NCBI GenBank assembly: GCA_000934665.2
Contig: KZ538273.1
Span: 62,001-88,661, forward strand
Direction: 5' to 3'
Source: Catajapyx aquilonaris
Taxonomy: Eukaryota
Length of the DNA: 26,661 nucleotides
Of this stretch, positions 19,938 through 26,661 are shown piece by piece. A program made the position numbers and the translations under genes. The notes beneath the pieces were generated by a model. It was not told the origin of the DNA, did no database searches, and saw only the letters and a program-made list of their open reading frames with translations. Each line of letters opens with the position of its first letter. Within the stretch, counting starts at the first letter, position 1.

Positions 19938-20160
19938 CTGCCGTCCGCTGGAAGAAGACCGTAACTCAACATCCACTTTCCCTTGCGGCGAGAAAAAAAG
20001 GAGTGGTACCAAAAGCATCCAACAGATGGAGGTGGGGTGCCCGTTCCTTTTCCCACTTCCTTCAATGCCACTTCTTGGTGGCTTTCGGTAACACTTTCTT
20101 ACTTTTCTCGCCGCAAGGGATGTGGATTTTGAGTTACGGTTTTTTTCCAGCGGGTGTCAG
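19938..20160. mobile_element. Unclassified foldback/MITE-like element, ~80-bp arms plus inner stem
   Basis: CCGCTGGAAGAAGACCGTAACTCAACATCCACTTTCCCTTGCGGCGAGAAAA (from 19945) is the reverse complement, with few differences, of TTTTCTCGCCGCAAGGGATGTGGATTTTGAGTTACGGTTTTTTTCCAGCGG (to 20153). There is an inner GGAGGTGGG/CCCACTTCC stem. No TSD recognised. Confidence 0.7.
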
Positions 20161-20266
20161 AAATATGGCGTACTATAGAATAAATTTATATATAAAATAT
20201 ACAATATATTTATAAATGAGCACAATATAATTTAATGCAAAAAATATTATTAATATATCTCATGTA

Positions 20267-20455
20267 CAGGGTGTCCGAAGCTCAAGTGACTATTTCGCGG
20301 TTATTAATATCAGTGATATTGAGCCATTCATGTAGCAGCTATGTCTGAAATGTTACCTCTTCGGCGTCATCGAAAATATTAGCTGCCAATAGCAGCATAA
20401 AATTTTCGATGACATTCATAACAGTTCAATCGTCATTTGAACTTCGGCCACCCTG
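20267..20455. mobile_element. Tc1/mariner-type MITE, 189 bp, TA TSD
   Basis: TA|CAGGGTGTCCGAAGCTCAAGTGACTATT...AATCGTCATTTGAACTTCGGCCACCCTG|TA, a ~28-bp imperfect TIR. It contains the internal hairpin GTCATCGAAAAT/ATTTTCGATGAC. Confidence 0.82.
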
Positions 20456-22879
20456 TACACCGTACATTACTGCTAAATAAAATCATCGCTGTTATTAATT
20501 ACTGCTAATTTTTTAGCTGTAATCACAGCTAGCCAATTATCAGCATTTTGCTACAGTACTTTCTAAATGAGCGATTAAAAACCGTCATTACAGAAATTGC
20601 ATTACTCAACATGTCATAACCAGCTTTTCTAAAATTCGCAAAAAAAAATATATTCGCGAGAGCTGAAACATCGCTATTGGACTAAAAGCAAGACTTTGGA
20701 GGTTGGAAACGATCCCAAAACTTTCGAAAATTTCTCCCCCCCTCTCCATCTCCTTCTATCAAACTCTTTTTAAAAGCGCCTTCCTTTTTTCTTTACAATC
20801 GAGACGACGTATCTGTCTATATCCCTATTAAGTTTCCTCCGGAACACAAAATTACGTCCGGGTAAATTTCTTCCATATCGATCCTTTTCCCCCCCTCTTC
20901 AGCTTTTTTTTCATCATATATTAAGTGCACTTTGAAAAAAAAAAACATATTTCCCCCATTTCCACACAAAAAAATGTGTGTATTCAGAACCCAAGATCAC
21001 TTTATCTTATGCTGAACAATGCTTCTTCTTCCCCTCACAACAATATATTTCTCCAATGACTTTTTGGAGGGTTCTGATATCTCTACCCAATAGCAAGGCT
21101 CGTGGGCAAAAAAAATTATTGGACACCAAAAAAAATTTCAAGGTTCATAGAAAATGAGGTACCAACCTCTGCTACCACTTTTTTTTCGTTTGAGGTATAG
21201 AAATTGAAGAAGTTGGCGAGTTGAGAATACTCTTTTGTGAGTACTCTTTTCACAACATATTCCGATGAGGGTAGGGGGGTAGTGAGAGGTGGAGGGGGTA
21301 CAGAAACTTTCCTTACCAAACCTCCTGGAGAAAGCAATTTCCCAACTACAAACTCGAGAAATGAAAAAGTTTTTTTTTTTGCTTGTTCAAAAAACCAATG
21401 TTTCTTGCAAAATTGCACTTATTTTTTGGACAGCAAAACACTATTTTTTTGCACTAAATTATTGTTTGCACTAGTTGGTGCCAAGGTTCTAATACAACCA
21501 TTCATGTGTATAAATATAGCCCACTCAAATAGAAACCACTAAAAATAAACATCCGGTTGACTATTAATAATGTAGCTCGCTGCAATAAGAGAGCTTGAGG
21601 TGTCGTAATAAGCATCGTTACAGCGTAATTACACTAATTTCGCTGGAATTAATAAAATATGATCATGCTCCTCTAATAGTGCCTTTCAGTGCAACGAACC
21701 GTGGCTCTAATAACATACAGGGTGTTACGACTGACATGTACTGAAAGCAACGGGACACTTACTTATTACATATATTATTACTGCCAAATTGGCTAATACT
21801 TATCATGGAAATATGGAGTACAGGCTACGTTTGAAATACTGTAACTGTACAGTAACATCTGAAGTTAAGACAAACCATAGTTATGATTGAGGTCAAAGGT
21901 TAACTAACTTTTTTCACATGCACATACCCAGCTGCTCTGTAGTAATATGAATAGTAATATTTTGGATATAGTAAAACAACAATAAGTTTGAAATTTTGAT
22001 AACTACTGGAATATAATTAGATTTCTGAGAATTAACATTATTTCCAGGCATGCCATAATTTTTATAGTAATTCCAACACTGAAACGGCTTTAAAGCTCGT
22101 TACAAAATCACGCATCTTTTCGTTCCCAGTAACTCGTTAAAAAGCATCCAATGTAAACCACCATCAACAATACCTTTTGAAGCAAACACCCTTCAAGTTC
22201 ATTTGAATTCATCCTGTTTGCCAAACTCTTTTCTTGCAAAAAAAAACCGGATTCATCGTCTTGAAAGATCGATATTTCCTATACAATCGGCAACAGTACC
22301 GACAGATTTTTCCTTACAACAATGCAAAAGAAGCACAGAAAATCCACTGAAGTTTACTTTTCGTCACATTTTTCTTCCGCGGTTTTTTAGGGGCAATATT
22401 TGTTGTAAGTACATTAATTCCAAGCCTTTGTTGCCTTTGCTTCCAACAATGACTGTCAAAAAATAACAAGCATGTTCCATCTTGGCAAAAACCTGGAAGG
22501 AAGATGAAGGGTTGAGGGGGGGTGAGAGAAGGAGTTATCCTGGGTTGGGCCGTTAATCTCGGCTGGTAATGGCGATACTTTACCGCCTTTTCCTTCCTTT
22601 AATAATAACTGCAGCCCGTAATTAGCCCGGGAGATTCTTCAAAGACACCGGAATTCGTCTTGTTAATCTTCTCCGGCTACTACGTATATAGGATAATATC
22701 TCGCACGCCCGGAGGAGACTTGGGATTAAATTTGGTGGAAGGCTATATACAGGGTGTGGATGGGATCTGGATAGTTTCACATAATTATTATACGTTAAGT
22801 ATCAATAATATATCAAATATACGTACATTGCATTTCCATTTGTATTGCATATTGGTATCAAAATTATAATTTGATTCAT

Positions 22880-23300
22880 CAAGTCGACATTTTTCAATTT
22901 TATGAGGCGTATCGATATTAATTTTAGAGATACATCTATGAATATCGATATTAACTTGATATATCGAAACATATCGACATTCCATAGCTATATCGACATT
23001 CTGTAGCTATATCGACATTCTGCAGCTATATCGAAACATCGTTATTCCTGGCATACATCGATACATATCAATATTGCTTTCCGATATATATCGATACATA
23101 TCAATATTACTTTCCGATATATCGATACATATCAATGTTATTTTCCGAGGTATATCGATACATATCGATATTCATGGATGACATCATAAGCCATGATTGG
23201 CTGTGGCTCCTCCCCACATTGGACACAATAAAATCACTTTTTTATAGTTTTACAAAAATTAAAATCATGAATTATTATGGTATCGATTCCGTATCGATGT
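22880..23300. repeat. ATCGA(T)-core degenerate array (19-bp and ~32-bp subunits)
   Basis: The 19-bp unit ATATCGACATTCYRYAGCT starts at 22971, 22990, 23009 and 23028. A 31-33-bp unit ATCGATACATATCAATRTT... starts at 23057, 23090, 23121 and 23154. There are multiple TATCGATA octamers. Confidence 0.85.
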
Positions 23301-24271
23301 AACTATAAATGTTCGAAAATATTGAGTACAAATGTCAATGGCACAAAATGAATATATACTGCTTATCAAGAAGTTCAACTCTTTTGTTTGTCCTATGAAA
23401 TGGGTATGAAATTGGTTTGAAATTGGTCTCTAATGTTAGAAGCACACTTTCCCACCCAACTTTAACAAAGGCCTATTTCCTATAGGTCTAATTTTTCCCC
23501 TCGGGTTGATATCATTACAAGTCCATTATTGATACAAAAATGTGTCAGAACATACCTTCGATACAGGTCGATACACACCGAATAACTCCCCCCCCCCACT
23601 GCAAAAATAACACTCTCTGTAGGGAATAGTCCCTCGGATATTGACCGGCCTATAGCCCCTCCCTTCCAAAAGACTAACATTTTCAAGGCCGAGTCTATTG
23701 ACAAGAGGTTGTAATCAAGACGGAGAAGCCATCAGGAGAGGGGGAGGTATGGCCCCATCCTCGAAAATTTTGGGGAGGAGAAAAGCAGAAGAAGGGCTTG
23801 AGTGATCGCGGCCATTCCCGGAGAAAGCAATACTGTTTGCCGATATTTCAACGTCATATCGTATGCAGGATAAGGGGGCTTGGCTAGAGCCGTCTGGAAT
23901 AGATAACAAGTAAATGGGATTCGCCGTTTATTCTTCTCTATGTGTGTGTGTGTAGAACCTGCTCAGTTCAAGGACTGGAGTGGGAGAAAGAACTAATTTG
24001 CCTATATAACACCTGGAGGCGATATATCCAGATAATTAAAGTACATTAAAATAAAATTAAAGTGGAAGTATATAAAATACATTTAAAAATTAAATTTATT
24101 AATGACGGATAAATAAAATCAGTGAACAGGCTGATCAAATAATTAAAATAATATGATGACTCTTATCGTGTAAATAGTTAATATAAAATAAGAAAATATG
24201 ATAAAAATACAGTACAGTAAAAGTAAAATTCAATTAAAATATATCAGTAGAATAACTTAATACATTCATAC

Positions 24272-24596
24272 TGAATATAATAATTAAATATTAGTATGAA
24301 ATAATATAATAATTAAATATTAGTATGAAATAATATAATAATTAAATATTAGTATGGAATAAAACAATAAATTTATATCAGAAATATAGCTATAAATAAA
24401 ATAACAAATTAATATCCGAAATATAGCTATAAATAAAATAATAAATTAACATCAGAAATATAGCTATAAATAAAATAATAAATTAATATCAGAAATGTAG
24501 CTATAAATAAAATAATAAATTAATATCAGAAATGTAGCTATAAATAAAATAATAAATTAATATCAGAAATGTAGCTATAAATAAAATAATAAATTA
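24272..24596. repeat. Adjacent 29-bp (x3) and 37-bp (x6) AT-rich minisatellites
   Basis: TAGTATG at 24292, 24321 and 24350 (period 29). AGCTATAAATAAAATAA at 24388, 24425, 24462, 24499, 24536 and 24573 (period 37). Confidence 0.92.
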
Positions 24597-25496
24597 GTAA
24601 AGTAGAATATTAGAACGATAACATCAAATAATAAAATTGCATAATAAAAAACAAACTGTTATTGATATTATCTTTGATGTTACGGTATATTTAATATTCT
24701 TTACATTAATTATATCATTTTACCACCGGAATCCCTGATATTATTATTCATCACTGTACTGTATATTAGTATACTAATTATATTTGTATTTTTGTTAAAT
24801 GTATTACAAGTTATTTATTTTTACACTACTATTGTTGTTGCTTATTTTTATTTATTCGGGGTGCATTAGTTTTTCATTTTAGATAATATTTGTGACTAAT
24901 ATATTCTTACGAGCAAAATTAGCCAGAATGTGCACAAACCTAATAGAATAATTAACACAAGCCCTTAATTCAACCTAATATTACCAGCTAATATTCCAAC
25001 GCTGCTTTTAACAAGCAGCGTAGTGGCACACAAAATCGATGAAATTTTTTTATTGGATAAAAGTGTTGAAAGCTATCCCACCCTGAGGGTAGATAGAACC
25101 CGGAGAGACAATTGGGCACATAGTCCGGATGCCATATCCCCCCATTGGCCCATTCTTCCTCTCCTTTTAAGGGTATAGGGTGGTGGTGGTGTGGGTGTTG
25201 AAGCTGTGGGTGGAGGGTGGGCCAACCCACCGTCCCAATATTGTAGCCGCAGTGTCACCGTGGAAGACAAGGCCCGATCCATTATGCATGCTGTATTTCG
25301 ACCCGCCGCCGGCTGTCACGCCAGCCTGCGGGGCCTTCCTCAATTCAAATGGCACCCTCCTCTAATAGCTATTTTATGAAAATTAGGCCTGTACATCACT
25401 AGAAAGGGGAGGGGTTAAAATATGTTAAAGAGATATGGGTACGTGTTGGATACCCTGGTCACTGTTGGCTACGATGGGTACGTCTGGTCTTATCAC

Positions 25497-26110
25497 CAAG
25501 TGACCTTGATAACTGGAACGTGATTCGAGTAGACGTTTTCTCATTGGGAAGTACTAATTGGACAACAATGACATAGAATGATGTTAATCTTATTTCTCAT
25601 TGCCAAGGAACTTCTAATGGACCGCCTCCCTGACCGCCAATCTTCTCTACCGCCAACGCACATTTTCATTTACCGCCAAAAGTCCTGACTGCCAATTTCC
25701 TTTACCGCCAAAACACATTTTATTTTACCGCCAAAAGTCCTGACCGCCAATTTCCTTTACCGCCAACACACGTTTTCATTTACCGCCAAAAGTCCTGCCT
25801 GCCAATTTCCTTTACCGCCAGCACACATTTTCCTTTACCGCCAAAAGTCCTGACTGCCAATTTTGTTTACTGCCAAACCCGGATCCCGGAAGTTGACCAT
25901 GAAACGTGCTTTGGTAACGCTGAATCCGAATCCAAAAGCAGTTTGTCGATATCACTTGCAGTTTAGGCCCCGATACTTGTCCACAGACGGACGGACAAAC
26001 CAGTTTTTAAAAACTTTCTGTGATAATAAAAAGCCTAAATTTTTGTACAAAATTTCAAAATAATGTCTTGAGACCAGAACAGTGTAAATGTTGTATGTCA
26101 AGGTCACTTG
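25497..26110 (-). mobile_element. Candidate HINE/DINE-1/pearl-like non-autonomous element carrying the 55-bp array
   Basis: The perfect 13-bp inverted repeat CAAGTGACCTTGA (25497-25509) / TCAAGGTCACTTG (26098-26110) brackets a central tandem array, a short ACAGACGGACGGACA tract (25983-25997) and the palindrome AGTTTTTAAAAACT. True ends and TSD are not resolved. Confidence 0.4.
25629..25877. repeat. 55-bp minisatellite (~4.5 copies), each unit with three ACYGCCA motifs
   Basis: AGTCCTG at 25681, 25736, 25791 and 25846. Unit is approximately CCTGACCGCCAATTTCCTTTACCGCCAACACACATTTTCATTTACCGCCAAAAGT. Confidence 0.93.
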
Positions 26111-26661
26111 TCCAGTACATGGTAACTGAAGCAGACACTGTGCACTGTAGGTTACATTATCGAGCCTAAAAACACGAAATAACTACCCTATAAGCTTTAA
26201 CACACACCCACACACACGTCATGGCCTAATTTAATACTGTAAGTCCTTTATAACATCAGCTTCTGTGAGTCCGGGCCTATATCGTTTGATCCAGGTTCTC
26301 TGAAAAAAAAGGTCAAAGGCTGGCGGGGTTGGCACAAGTTGGGGCTTATTACCACTTTGTAGCCTACGCAAATGCTAAAATTACAAGGCAAACGAGCCAC
26401 TTTGGTGGCGTTAACTTATTTTAACATAACGGTCGTTTTTTTTCCAACGTATGTGATGACCTGGATATGGCAACAGTGGGCCAAAATACAGGGTGTTAAT
26501 CCTAAGCGTGTCACTAGAAAAGGTAGTGGTAGAGGGCGCAGGTGTGAGCATTTTTGCATAAGGAACTAGGGGTCGGAAACTCACCCTCACCGAATCACTC
26601 CCCCGCGTGCCGCACGCCTCTTGCACACTGCCTGCCGCAAACTTAAAAGGGGCGTAACTCG

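Overview
The window looks like non-coding DNA from an animal genome (long intron or intergenic region), not prokaryotic DNA. No ORF in the track matches a protein family I recognise, and the longest or most repetitive ORFs are translations of tandem arrays. The sequence is a mosaic of four things: (i) non-autonomous DNA transposons and foldbacks, namely a TTAA-flanked Kolobok/T2-type MITE (1963-2367), two TA-flanked CAGGGTG Tc1/mariner-type MITEs (6063-6288, 20267-20455), three unclassified foldbacks (3505-3816, 8946-9115, 19938-20160) and two weaker Helentron/HINE-like candidates; (ii) about a dozen mini- and microsatellites, one with higher-order structure (14.1-15.35 kb); (iii) clusters of CTCF-, YY1- and NRF1-like motifs; (iv) splicing signals. 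The most notable signal is a textbook-like recursive splice site on the minus strand (CTAAC branch point, pyrimidine tract, CAG|GTGAGT at 5319-5286). It is followed 67 nt later by a second GTGAGT donor that would define a cryptic exon with stops in all three frames. This suggests the window lies inside a very long minus-strand intron. I cannot support a novel protein-coding system here.
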